NCBI GenBank assembly: GCA_031271065.1
Contig: JAISWP010000042.1
Span: forward strand, 1 to 33,536
Direction: 5' to 3'
From: Synergistaceae bacterium
GTDB lineage: Bacteria; Synergistota; Synergistia; Synergistales; Synergistaceae
DNA: 33,536 bases
Under the pieces are notes generated by a model. It saw only the letters and a program-made list of their open reading frames with translations, was not told where the DNA came from and did no database searches. Below are positions 25,971 to 33,536 of the stretch, one piece after another. Both the position numbers and the translations under genes were made by a program. Positions within the stretch are counted from its first letter, which is position 1. Every line of letters starts with the position of its first letter.

Positions 25971-27009
25971 CGGCGGCGGCCCCGCCCGGCTTCCAGAAAC
26001 GCCTCCCTGCCGCGTGATGGAAAGCGGAAATGCTCTGTCCGGCGGGCATTTCCGCGGTGGCGTCCTTCCAGCAGAATATCTTGAAATCGAGTTCGTCCGA
26101 CGAGGCGACTATGAGGGCTTCCGGCGTCGCCGGCAATACCGGCGAGCCGAATTCCTTGTGTCCGTGATGACTCAGCAATATGTGCCCTATGTGAATGGCT
26201 GTCTGGGACGGCAGTTTCGCCTCCCCGGCCAGCCTTGCGAACTGCGCGTATCCGATGGCTATGTGGTCCAGCACTGCGCCCTCCAGCGTGATCTCAGGAA
26301 CCGGCGACATGGAGTAAGACGCCGCTTTCCCTATATCGTGGAGCAGAGCGCCGGCGATGACTATCGACACGTCTATGTCCGGATAAGCGTTTTTGTAGTG
26401 CGCCGCGAGGGAACGGGCCGCTTCTGTGAGGGTCACGGAGTGTTCGAGCAAGCCGTGGGCATAGGCGTGGTGATTCGTCACGGCAGCCGGAGATTCCTTG
26501 TAGGCTTTGCCTATCGGCTCTTCGAATACGAATTTCAGGAAATCGCGGATCACGGGACTGCAGGCTTCTATCAGAGCCTCCAGCCGTGACTCCAGCACGG
26601 AAAGAGGCACATCCGAGTGAGAAATAAGGTCGCATACGGGATATTTCTCCTGGTCGAGCAGGGAGAGCGCGTTGAAATTATACTGGACCTGTCCCCTGTA
26701 ATCGACAGTCTTGCCGGTTATTCCCAGAACCAGCCCTCTCAGCTCGTTTATCTTTGACTCGGAAAGAGGGGCCGGGCGAGCCGACAATTCCGGGTCGGAA
26801 CGGTCCCACCATGCCGCGTCCGACCATATCTTGGCCGCGAGCGCGCCGCGCTGGTCGGAAACGATTATATCCCAGTACGGTTTCCCGTTTTTATCAGTTT
26901 TTCTCTGCAGCGAGTTCACTGCAAAAATACCTTTGAACGTCTCTCCCGAGGCTAACTGCCGGACATCGGACGTCTTGAGCAGCTTTGCGGCAGGCTGCTG
27001 CGGCATCAT
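25960..27009 (-). CDS. yhaM: OB-fold + HD-domain 3'-5' exoribonuclease, YhaM family
   Basis: N-terminal OB segment (KNGKPYWDIIVSDQRGALAAKIW...YRGQVQ). HD domain (TNHHAYAHGLLEHS, ALLHDIGKA, ILLSHHGHKEFGSP). Collinear with B. subtilis YhaM as I recall it. Start is ATG 27009 or 27006, after GAGGGTGG; the track starts at 27024. Confidence 0.75.
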   Translation of the reverse strand: MMPQQPAAKLLKTSDVRQLASGETFKGIFAVNSLQRKTDKNGKPYWDIIVSDQRGALAAKIWSDAAWWDRSDPELSARPAPLSESKINELRGLVLGITGKTVDYRGQVQYNFNALSLLDQEKYPVCDLISHSDVPLSVLESRLEALIEACSPVIRDFLKFVFEEPIGKAYKESPAAVTNHHAYAHGLLEHSVTLTEAARSLAAHYKNAYPDIDVSIVIAGALLHDIGKAASYSMSPVPEITLEGAVLDHIAIGYAQFARLAGEAKLPSQTAIHIGHILLSHHGHKEFGSPVLPATPEALIVASSDELDFKIFCWKDATAEMPAGQSISAFHHAAGRRFWKPGGAAADDQ

Positions 27010-27089
27010 CGACCACCCTCTCATTAATGACTCAGGTTATTTTAGCATGACCGAACGCGCTGCTGCTGCGTAAAAAATCATGAGATGGA

Positions 27090-27098
27090 TGATACAAT
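27090..27098 (+). promoter_or_regulatory. extended -10 promoter element upstream of thrS
   Basis: TGaTACAAT. No clear -35. It would give a leader of ~120 nt containing GC-rich alternative hairpins. Confidence 0.35.
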
Positions 27099-27223
27099 AT
27101 ATTGATGAAATCCGGCTGAAATGACCTTTGACTGCAAACCTCGCGCGGCCGCCCCCGGCTTCGCGGGCGGCGAAGCTCTCAAAGACTCTCTGATCAGCGG
27201 TTCTGACGGGAGGAGACGATGTT

Positions 27224-29119
27224 ATGCCCCTATACAAGGGACCTGATAATAAAACGCTGGATATAAAGGGAGATACCACTCCTTTCGATCTGTTCAAAGA
27301 GATGGAGATCAAGGGCGCGGTGGCGGCAAAGATCGATGGGCGGGCCATAGACCTGCACTCGGCGCTTAGGGACGGCGGAATTTTGGAGCCGATAACGTCT
27401 GACAGCGGGGAAGGGCTCGAGATAATCAGGCATTCCGCCTCACACCTCATGGCTCAGGCTATAACTAAGCTGTATCCCGGAGCGAAATTCGGCGTCGGAC
27501 CCGCAATAGCCGACGGGTTTTATTACGACGTCCTGTTTCCGAAGGCGGTCACCGAAGAGGATCTGCCGGTCATAGAGGCCGAGATGAAGCGTCTTTCTGC
27601 CGAAAAGATCCGCATAGAGCGCGTGGAGATGAGTTCGGATGAGGCGCTTGGGAAGTTCACCGAAGACCCCTTCAAGACCGAGCTCATAAAGGAAATAGGA
27701 TCGCCCTCCGTCTCCCTGTACGGGCAGGACGGATTCTGGGATCTATGCCGCGGGCCGCACGTGCCCAATACAGGCTATGTAAAGCACTTCAGGCTCATGT
27801 CGCTGGCCGGGGCCTACTGGAGAGGCGATGAGAAGAACGTCATGCTGACGCGGGTGTACGGGACCGCTTTCGCCGACGCCGAATCGCTCGGCGAATACCT
27901 GAAGATGATGGAGGAAGCCAAGCGAAGGGATCACAGAAAACTAGGGAGAGAATTGGACCTGTTCAGTTTTCAGCCGGAGGGACCGGGGTTCCCGTTCTTC
28001 CATCCGAAGGGTATGGTCCTGATGAACAGCCTCGTGGATTTCTGGCGGAAGGAGCACATCAGGCGAGGGTACAGCGAGATAAAGACCCCTCTGATCCTGG
28101 ATCGGGAACTGTGGCGGAGGTCGGGACACTGGGATCACTACCGGGACAACATGTACTTCACCGAAATCGACGAGCGCCCTTACGCTATAAAGCCGATGAA
28201 CTGCCCGGGAGGCATCCTCGTATACAAGACGTCGCGCAGGAGTTACCGCGAACTGCCGCTGCGCATGGCGGAGATGGGCACCGTCCATCGCCATGAGCGC
28301 TCCGGCGTGCTGCACGGGCTCATGAGGGTCAGGTGTTTCACCCAGGACGACGCCCACATATACTGCAGCCCCGACCAGATCGGCGATGAACTCAAAGGGG
28401 TCATCGATCTCGACAAGTACATCTACGACGTATTCGGTTTCCAGTTCGGCGTCGAACTGTCCACCCGTCCGGATAACTTCATGGGAGACCCGGCGCTGTG
28501 GGAAAACGCCGAGCGAAGGCTCCAGGATATATTGGAGGAGACCGAGACACCGTACAAAATCAACCCGGGCGCCGGCGCCTTTTACGGGCCCACGATAGAT
28601 TTTCACCTGAAAGACAGCATCGGAAGGACCTGGCAGTGCGGCACGGTTCAATTGGATTTCCAGATGCCGGAAAAATTCGACATGACGTACATAGGCAGCG
28701 ACGGCGCGGAGCACAGGCCGGTCATGCTCCACAGGACGGTGCTAGGCAGCCTGGAACGCTTTATCGGGATACTGATAGAGCACTATGCGGGAGCGTTCCC
28801 GTACTGGATAGCGCCGGTACAGGTGAAGATAATACAGGTCAAACCGGAATTCGAAGAGTACGCCCTGAAACTGGGGGAGATATTGAAGGAGATGAACGTC
28901 CGTTTCGAACGCGACGCGCGGGACGAGAAACTCGGCAGAAAGATACGCGACGCCCAGCTGGAAAAGACCCCCTACATGCGGATAGCCGGCGCCAGAGAAG
29001 CTGAATTCAACTCCGTATCAGTGCGCACGCGCGCGGGCGGCGACATAGGTTCGCGCAGCATAGACGAACTGAAGGCCATGCTCGCGTCGGAGTTTGTGCC
29101 CGAAGCGCTGAAATTGTAA
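27224..29119 (+). CDS. thrS: threonine--tRNA ligase
   Basis: N-terminal TGS segment, an editing/second additional domain, and a class II core (HRHERSGVLHGLMRVRCFTQDDAHIY, GAFYGP). C-terminal anticodon-binding domain. GGGAGGAG lies 8 nt upstream of the ATG. Confidence 0.96.
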   Translation: MPLYKGPDNKTLDIKGDTTPFDLFKEMEIKGAVAAKIDGRAIDLHSALRDGGILEPITSDSGEGLEIIRHSASHLMAQAITKLYPGAKFGVGPAIADGFYYDVLFPKAVTEEDLPVIEAEMKRLSAEKIRIERVEMSSDEALGKFTEDPFKTELIKEIGSPSVSLYGQDGFWDLCRGPHVPNTGYVKHFRLMSLAGAYWRGDEKNVMLTRVYGTAFADAESLGEYLKMMEEAKRRDHRKLGRELDLFSFQPEGPGFPFFHPKGMVLMNSLVDFWRKEHIRRGYSEIKTPLILDRELWRRSGHWDHYRDNMYFTEIDERPYAIKPMNCPGGILVYKTSRRSYRELPLRMAEMGTVHRHERSGVLHGLMRVRCFTQDDAHIYCSPDQIGDELKGVIDLDKYIYDVFGFQFGVELSTRPDNFMGDPALWENAERRLQDILEETETPYKINPGAGAFYGPTIDFHLKDSIGRTWQCGTVQLDFQMPEKFDMTYIGSDGAEHRPVMLHRTVLGSLERFIGILIEHYAGAFPYWIAPVQVKIIQVKPEFEEYALKLGEILKEMNVRFERDARDEKLGRKIRDAQLEKTPYMRIAGAREAEFNSVSVRTRAGGDIGSRSIDELKAMLASEFVPEALKL

Positions 29120-29129
29120 ATAACTCGTA

Positions 29130-29176
29130 AATAGCAAAGCGGCGTCCCGGAGGATTCGGGACACCGCTTTGCTATT
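29130..29176. terminator. bidirectional stem-loop between convergent thrS and the DHH-fusion gene
   Basis: 20-bp stem with one mismatch (29130-29149/29157-29176: AATAGCAAAGCGGCGTCCCG...CGGGACACCGCTTTGCTATT) and a 7-nt loop. Lies 11 nt after the thrS stop and 92 nt after the DHH gene stop. Confidence 0.75.
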
Positions 29177-29267
29177 CAGTATCTGTCCGTTTTATTCCGA
29201 TTTCCGGCTATGTTTGCAGACATAAAATCCTATGTGCTGCAAGTAAATATATAAAGCGGCAGTAAAA

Positions 29268-31187
29268 TTACCGGACGACGAACGCGGATTCAAATATCTC
29301 ACGGTCGATTATGCCGTGTTCACCGGGCGAATACTGCATCAGCCAATCTCCCCTCTTCCCGAAGAGAACTCCCCTCTGTCCGGAAAGGGATACGCAGAAG
29401 GGGCAGTCCATCCGCAGCGCCAGCCCGGGCAGCTCTTTTTTCATGTAAAAACCGTCGTCTCCATATTCAGTTCCATCGCAGGGCGAGTAGGTCTCGAAAA
29501 ACTTTTCCCGCTGTACCGGCCACGGCTCCTCCTGTGTGCCGGATATCAGCGCGTCTTTCTCCTCGAAGGAAACGTCTCCTTCCAGCGTCCTAACGACTCC
29601 CGGTTTATGCGCGAATCTCACGGAAACGGGGATATTTTTCTTCACTGCGCGGACCGCGTCGGCGCGCTTTGAAAGGTCCTCGTCAGTACAGTCAAGTATG
29701 TAGATTTTGTCGAACACGTCCCCCGCAATGACGTAGTAATCATCGGCGGAACGGGAAACCAGCCAGTCGCCGGGGTCGCCCCTCAGGTAATTTTCGGGGT
29801 CCCACCTGGTGAATACCTTGACGCGGCCGCCGAGCCGGGCCGCTTCCACTCTGCCCCCCTCATGCCCCACGCATATATGGGCGCGGCTTATTATGGATAT
29901 CCTCTCGCCCGTGTTTTTGTTGAGCACTGTCGGATTGTACATCAAGTCCGGCGTGAACTTCTCCCCTGTCACGGTATAAGCGGCGATGAATTTTTCCAGC
30001 TCTATCGGGTAAACTTCGCCCTTCACGCCGATCATCAGGATCGTCTCCTCATCGGCGGTTATGTCCATATCCCCCTCGAGCATCCGAATCCTCAGATCGG
30101 CATTCCCTTCAAACAGCATGTGACAGGGTACGAATCCTACCCTGACCGGCAGTTTCCTGAAGGTTTTCATGTCCCCGGCGCATAATTCCGCCCTTGTATC
30201 GCCGTCGAGGACCGCGCAGTCCACCACCTTGAAGCCTGTCACGTAATCTCTGACGGAGTTCGTGATATAGTCGAATATACCCATGTCTCCAAAACACTCG
30301 GCGAACCTGCCGAGCGCTATGCGCCCTCCGGCCTTTTCCCGGTGCCCGCCTCCCGAACCTATGCCGCGCGCCAGCCAGGAAGCCAGCTCCGAGGCGTGGA
30401 AGTCCCTGACCGCCGTGCGCACCGAGTATTTGATCCCATCCATGGACGGAGTATAGGCGACGGCCGCATCCACGCCGTCCACCTGCATAGCCATGTCGAT
30501 GATGAAACCCAGCAGGTTCGGGTCGCATGGAGGCGCGGATATCACCACGAATCCGAGTCCGGCGTCGCGATAGAGGCCGGACAGCGCGGCGGACGCGACT
30601 CCGATGTCGGCGAAGGACAGGTTCGAGCGTTTCAGTCTCTTGAGCAGATCCTTATCCGTTTCCAGAGAATCCCACATGTCCCTGTCCAGAGGGTGCATGA
30701 CCTCGGAAAAACCGTTGGTGTCTGAGAAAAGTCCATAGTGCAGAGCCGTGCCCAGCCGAGTGTCTATGGGAAAGGACTCCTGAACCAGCATGTGCCAGAC
30801 CAGAGTAGAACAGCTGCCGAGCCAGGGACGGAGTTCATGGTCGAAAGGAAGTTCACCCTCCTGGATATGATGGTCTATGACGGCGACGCGGGATGCGTCC
30901 ACCCGTGTGACGTTGCCGGCCCCGTGCTGACAGTCCACACTGATTAGAAGGCCGTCCCATTTTTTTATGTCTCGGTCGTTTTGGGCGGGGATGCCGAGCC
31001 TGTCGATCATGCGTATAAGATTCGGTTTTGTGATGGCGGCGCCGCCGTAAAAGAATCTGACTTCTTCCAGGCCCCTGGACTCGAAAAAACAAAACAGCCC
31101 GAAACCGGAGGCCAGCGCGTCGGCGTCCGGATTATCGTGACACTGTATCGCTATACGGCGTTCGTCAGAAAAATCGCTGAGTCTCAT
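29268..31187 (-). CDS. DHH/DHHA1 phosphoesterase with a ~300-aa C-terminal array of four related modules
   Basis: HDNPDADALASG, VAVIDHH, GLFSDTNGF, GSGGGHREKAGG. Four repeat units follow (see findings). GGTGGAG lies 5 nt upstream of the ATG. Confidence 0.85.
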   Translation of the reverse strand: MRLSDFSDERRIAIQCHDNPDADALASGFGLFCFFESRGLEEVRFFYGGAAITKPNLIRMIDRLGIPAQNDRDIKKWDGLLISVDCQHGAGNVTRVDASRVAVIDHHIQEGELPFDHELRPWLGSCSTLVWHMLVQESFPIDTRLGTALHYGLFSDTNGFSEVMHPLDRDMWDSLETDKDLLKRLKRSNLSFADIGVASAALSGLYRDAGLGFVVISAPPCDPNLLGFIIDMAMQVDGVDAAVAYTPSMDGIKYSVRTAVRDFHASELASWLARGIGSGGGHREKAGGRIALGRFAECFGDMGIFDYITNSVRDYVTGFKVVDCAVLDGDTRAELCAGDMKTFRKLPVRVGFVPCHMLFEGNADLRIRMLEGDMDITADEETILMIGVKGEVYPIELEKFIAAYTVTGEKFTPDLMYNPTVLNKNTGERISIISRAHICVGHEGGRVEAARLGGRVKVFTRWDPENYLRGDPGDWLVSRSADDYYVIAGDVFDKIYILDCTDEDLSKRADAVRAVKKNIPVSVRFAHKPGVVRTLEGDVSFEEKDALISGTQEEPWPVQREKFFETYSPCDGTEYGDDGFYMKKELPGLALRMDCPFCVSLSGQRGVLFGKRGDWLMQYSPGEHGIIDREIFESAFVVR

Positions 31188-31206
31188 CGATACTCCACCT
31201 TACTTT

Positions 31207-31215
31207 AATATATCA
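31207..31215 (-). promoter_or_regulatory. extended -10-like element upstream of the DHH-fusion gene
   Basis: Minus strand reads TGaTATATT, in the 93-bp AT-rich spacer between deoR and the DHH gene. It lies ~20 nt upstream of the ATG, so the call is weak. Confidence 0.3.
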
Positions 31216-31280
31216 CAAAAACCAAGGCCGTTCCTCGTGCGCTGTGATAATAATGAAGAAAATAAATTATGACTATCGGC

Positions 31281-32045
31281 TTAAATTATGTTTATACCCC
31301 TCAGCGTAATATATTCGCGGTAGTCGGGGGGGAAATCGTCGTCGACGATGAAGCAGCCGATTACATCCATAGGCGTCATGCTGAAAAAGGCCGTTTTGTT
31401 GATCTTGCTCGAATCGGTAACGACGTAGTTTTTATCCGATACGGAGAGCATAGCGGCGTTCAATTCCACTTCCTCCAGGACGGGGTGCATGATTCCGCGT
31501 TTTTTGCAGAGGGCTGAGATACCGAAAAAGCACTTGTCTATAGAGAATGACTTTATAAAGTCGAGGGAGCCCGGCCCGACGACCATCCCGGAACTGCTGC
31601 GCACCCTGCCTCCCGGTATATATACGGTGGCTTTCGGCAGAAGGAGCGCCTTTGCCGCGACGTTCACATTCAGCGTTATTATATGCACGGACTTGTCGCC
31701 GATGTAGTCGATGATATATTCCACGGTGCTGCCGGAGTTGAGCCCTATCATATCGCCGTCCTCTATGAGCTCTGAGGCCTTCCGCGCTATTATCTGCTTC
31801 GCCTCGTAGTTCTCGCTCCGCTTCGCGGAAACGGCGAGCTCCTTCACAGCCTGCGTTCCGTTCGAGTCCCTTATATGCGCGCCGCCATAGACTATTTCTA
31901 TGTCCCAGCCGCGGGCGAGTTCTTTGAGATCCCGGCGGATCGTCTCGTCTCTCACGCCGTATTTCCGGGCGAGTTCCCCGACAGTCACGGAACCTCTGCC
32001 AAAAAGCGTGTTCAATATCTCTTTGCGTCGATCCACATTAAGCAA
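31281..32045 (-). CDS. DeoR/GlpR-family transcriptional regulator
   Basis: HTH RRKEILNTLFGRGSVTVGELARKYGVRDETIRRDLKELA, plus a DeoR C-terminal sugar-phosphate-binding-type domain (IGLNSGSTV..., VVTDSSK). The track ORF (to 32105) overlaps the upstream gene. TTG 32043-32045 (or GTG 32034-36) gives the usual N-terminus and leaves a 16-nt gap. Confidence 0.85.
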   Translation of the reverse strand: MLNVDRRKEILNTLFGRGSVTVGELARKYGVRDETIRRDLKELARGWDIEIVYGGAHIRDSNGTQAVKELAVSAKRSENYEAKQIIARKASELIEDGDMIGLNSGSTVEYIIDYIGDKSVHIITLNVNVAAKALLLPKATVYIPGGRVRSSSGMVVGPGSLDFIKSFSIDKCFFGISALCKKRGIMHPVLEEVELNAAMLSVSDKNYVVTDSSKINKTAFFSMTPMDVIGCFIVDDDFPPDYREYITLRGINII

Positions 32046-32061
32046 CTTGGAGTACCCCCGC

Positions 32062-33195
32062 TCAAACCAGCAGATCCCAGAAATACGCGAGTTTGCCGGC
32101 CCCATAGCCGATACGCCTCAGCTCGCTGTAGGCAAAAGGCTCGCAGATCACGAGCTGGTCGTACGGCGTAAAAGTTATCTCTTTTAGCGCCGCGCCGCGG
32201 ATCTTGTCCAGGATATCCCTGTCAGTGTGACGGTTTACATACTCCGAGGAAATAGGGCTCTCCCAGACGCCGACTCCGTTCAGCCTTCTGTCTGCGTCGT
32301 AAAGGGGCCTGAATTCCGGCGCGTTCGGAATGGGGATCTCGCGCGTGTTCCGGGACAATGCCTCGATGCGCCGTGACTTCCCGAGAAATCTTGTGTAGAA
32401 ACTTCCCCCGTAGATGTGGGCTCTCTGCGTCTCAATGCCGGAGGCGGCGTCGAGCACGTCCGTCACGTCAAAGCCGCGCTGTATGCCGAGATCGTCCGCG
32501 AGAACGGTCAGACAGTATGCCGCCTGACCGGAGACAGTGACCACTCTTTCCGCTCCCTGCGAAGCGAGTTCTTCTATGAGCGAACGGAGGCGATCCGCGC
32601 CCTCGCCGGCGAATCCGTGGGCCATGAGCGCGAACCCCGTCCCCGACGTCAGCCACCCTCGCAGGGATATGCCTTTGCGTCTCAGGAACCCGCCGAGTTT
32701 TTGAGGGGAGGTGCCGGTATACTCGAAGCTCGCGTCATCGACAAAGAGGAAGCAATCCGCTCCTCTTTCGATTTTTATCGCGTCGTCCCAGAGATCGCGC
32801 CTGTCCGGGCTTTTCGGGATCTCCAGCTCCTCCGCCGATTTCACGCGTGAAAAACCGCTTTTGACGAATAATTCCCTGGCCAGGATCATACAGTGCAGGA
32901 AGTCGTTTCTTTCCTCGCCGAAGTTCTGCCACCGCTCCCCCTGTCCGGAGAGTATCGACGTGAAAATTATCTCCGCCCCTCGTTCCGAAGGTTCCAGCCC
33001 GCCTCGCAGCACAGCCAGCGCGATTTGCGCCGCCCGCGACGGGTAGAGGCTCGTCAGCCGCGTCGCAAGGTACTCGGGGTTATAGCAGACGCCCTGGTCC
33101 ATGTGGATTGCCTGTTTTTTGAGTTTTTCAGCGTATTTTTCGCATCCGAACGAAAAATTTTCCCGTGTCCCTTTTGCCGGAATTCCAGCGTTCAT
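32062..33195 (-). CDS. GlcF/LutA-like (CCG-domain architecture) protein lacking the Fe-S cysteines
   Basis: Collinear by eye with GlcF-type subunits (FLFVDDASFEY..., TSGTGFALMAHG, ERVVTVSGQAAYCL, HIYGGSFYTRFLGK, LVICEPFAYSEL). It has only 6 Cys and no CxxCxxCxxxCP or CCG motif. Its ATG forms an ATGA overlap with the upstream oxidase stop. Confidence 0.6.
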   Translation of the reverse strand: MNAGIPAKGTRENFSFGCEKYAEKLKKQAIHMDQGVCYNPEYLATRLTSLYPSRAAQIALAVLRGGLEPSERGAEIIFTSILSGQGERWQNFGEERNDFLHCMILARELFVKSGFSRVKSAEELEIPKSPDRRDLWDDAIKIERGADCFLFVDDASFEYTGTSPQKLGGFLRRKGISLRGWLTSGTGFALMAHGFAGEGADRLRSLIEELASQGAERVVTVSGQAAYCLTVLADDLGIQRGFDVTDVLDAASGIETQRAHIYGGSFYTRFLGKSRRIEALSRNTREIPIPNAPEFRPLYDADRRLNGVGVWESPISSEYVNRHTDRDILDKIRGAALKEITFTPYDQLVICEPFAYSELRRIGYGAGKLAYFWDLLV

Positions 33196-33536
33196 AGTCC
33201 CAGGACTCCTTTGTTGAGTATTCCCTTCGGGTCCAGCGCGTCCTTGATTCTTTTCATAACCCCGACCCCGACCCCTCCGTGTTCAAGCGTCATGAACTCC
33301 GCTTTGGCCGTCCCTACGCCGTGATGGTGCGAGACGTTGCCGCCGTTTTTCACGCTCGTCTCGCAGGCCGCGCGGAGACATTCCAGGTAACGCTTTTCGC
33401 CCTCCCTGTCGTCTCCCCCCGTCGCGGCGTGGAATATCACGTAGACGCTCGCCCCGCTGTGGTAGACGTGCGAAAAGTGGCAGTCGACGACATCGCACAG
33501 GGGTTCGAGCGCGGCGCGCATCTCGCGCCAGACCGT
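33192..33536 (-). CDS. FAD-linked oxidase (GlcD / D-lactate dehydrogenase family), C-terminal fragment; the gene continues past the right edge
   Basis: GGNVSHHHGVGTAKAEF...MKRIKDALDPKGILNKG is the conserved C-terminal signature of FAD_oxidase_C proteins. The reading frame is open to the window edge. Confidence 0.85.
   Translation of the reverse strand, partial: TVWREMRAALEPLCDVVDCHFSHVYHSGASVYVIFHAATGGDDREGEKRYLECLRAACETSVKNGGNVSHHHGVGTAKAEFMTLEHGGVGVGVMKRIKDALDPKGILNKGVLGL

Noticed and set aside
27037-27450. 137-aa minus-strand ORF spanning the thrS promoter region and start.
   Set aside because: It is antisense to the conserved TGS domain of thrS, has no SD, and has a low-complexity Ser/Ile-rich translation.
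1-33536. Scan for CRISPR arrays, IS or transposase ends, integrases, phage genes, toxin-antitoxin pairs and known defence genes.
   Set aside because: There are no regularly spaced direct repeats and no recombinase- or transposase-like translations. The only PIN domain belongs to the conserved housekeeping YacL. Nothing supports a mobile or defence island in this window.

Overview
GC-rich bacterial chromosomal segment, judged by eye, with short AT-rich intergenic islands. It is almost entirely housekeeping. I support 31 protein-coding genes (one a weak small-ORF call), and 29 of them are on the minus strand. Positions 390..19802 form one uninterrupted minus-strand array with many short overlaps. 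I recognised no rRNA, tRNA, CRISPR array, transposase or integrase. Two conserved Firmicutes/Synergistota-style clusters are present: (i) rimP-nusA-ylxR-ylxQ-infB-ylxP(DUF503)-rbfA-nrnA-truB-ribF, and (ii) yacL-ispDF-(RlpA-like)-gltX-guaB. Further along are ybaB-recR, uvrC, cysS, ispG, gdh, an RluA-family synthase, yhaM and thrS. Several longest-ORF starts in the supplied track look too long. I trimmed them using conserved N-termini, Shine-Dalgarno (SD) sequences and stop/start overlaps for ribF, rbfA, ylxR, rimP, guaB, the RlpA-like gene, ispDF, ybaB, cysS, the nitroreductase-like gene, ispG, yhaM and deoR. Several predicted promoters share an extended -10 (TGnTAnAAT). The least ordinary content is: (1) an accessory DHH/DHHA1 phosphoesterase with four tandem PGDYG-like C-terminal modules; it lies downstream of a GlcD-like oxidase, a cysteine-depleted GlcF-like protein and a DeoR regulator (29.1-33.5 kb); (2) a fusion of a degenerate WecA/TagO-like membrane domain to a TagA/WecG glycosyltransferase; (3) a stand-alone RibH-like protein lacking residues I remember as catalytic; (4) a terminator-type attenuator in the rimP-nusA-infB leader, with an orphan small acidic ORF upstream. 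All homology statements come from reading the translations and comparing them with family motifs from memory. No search or alignment program was run.
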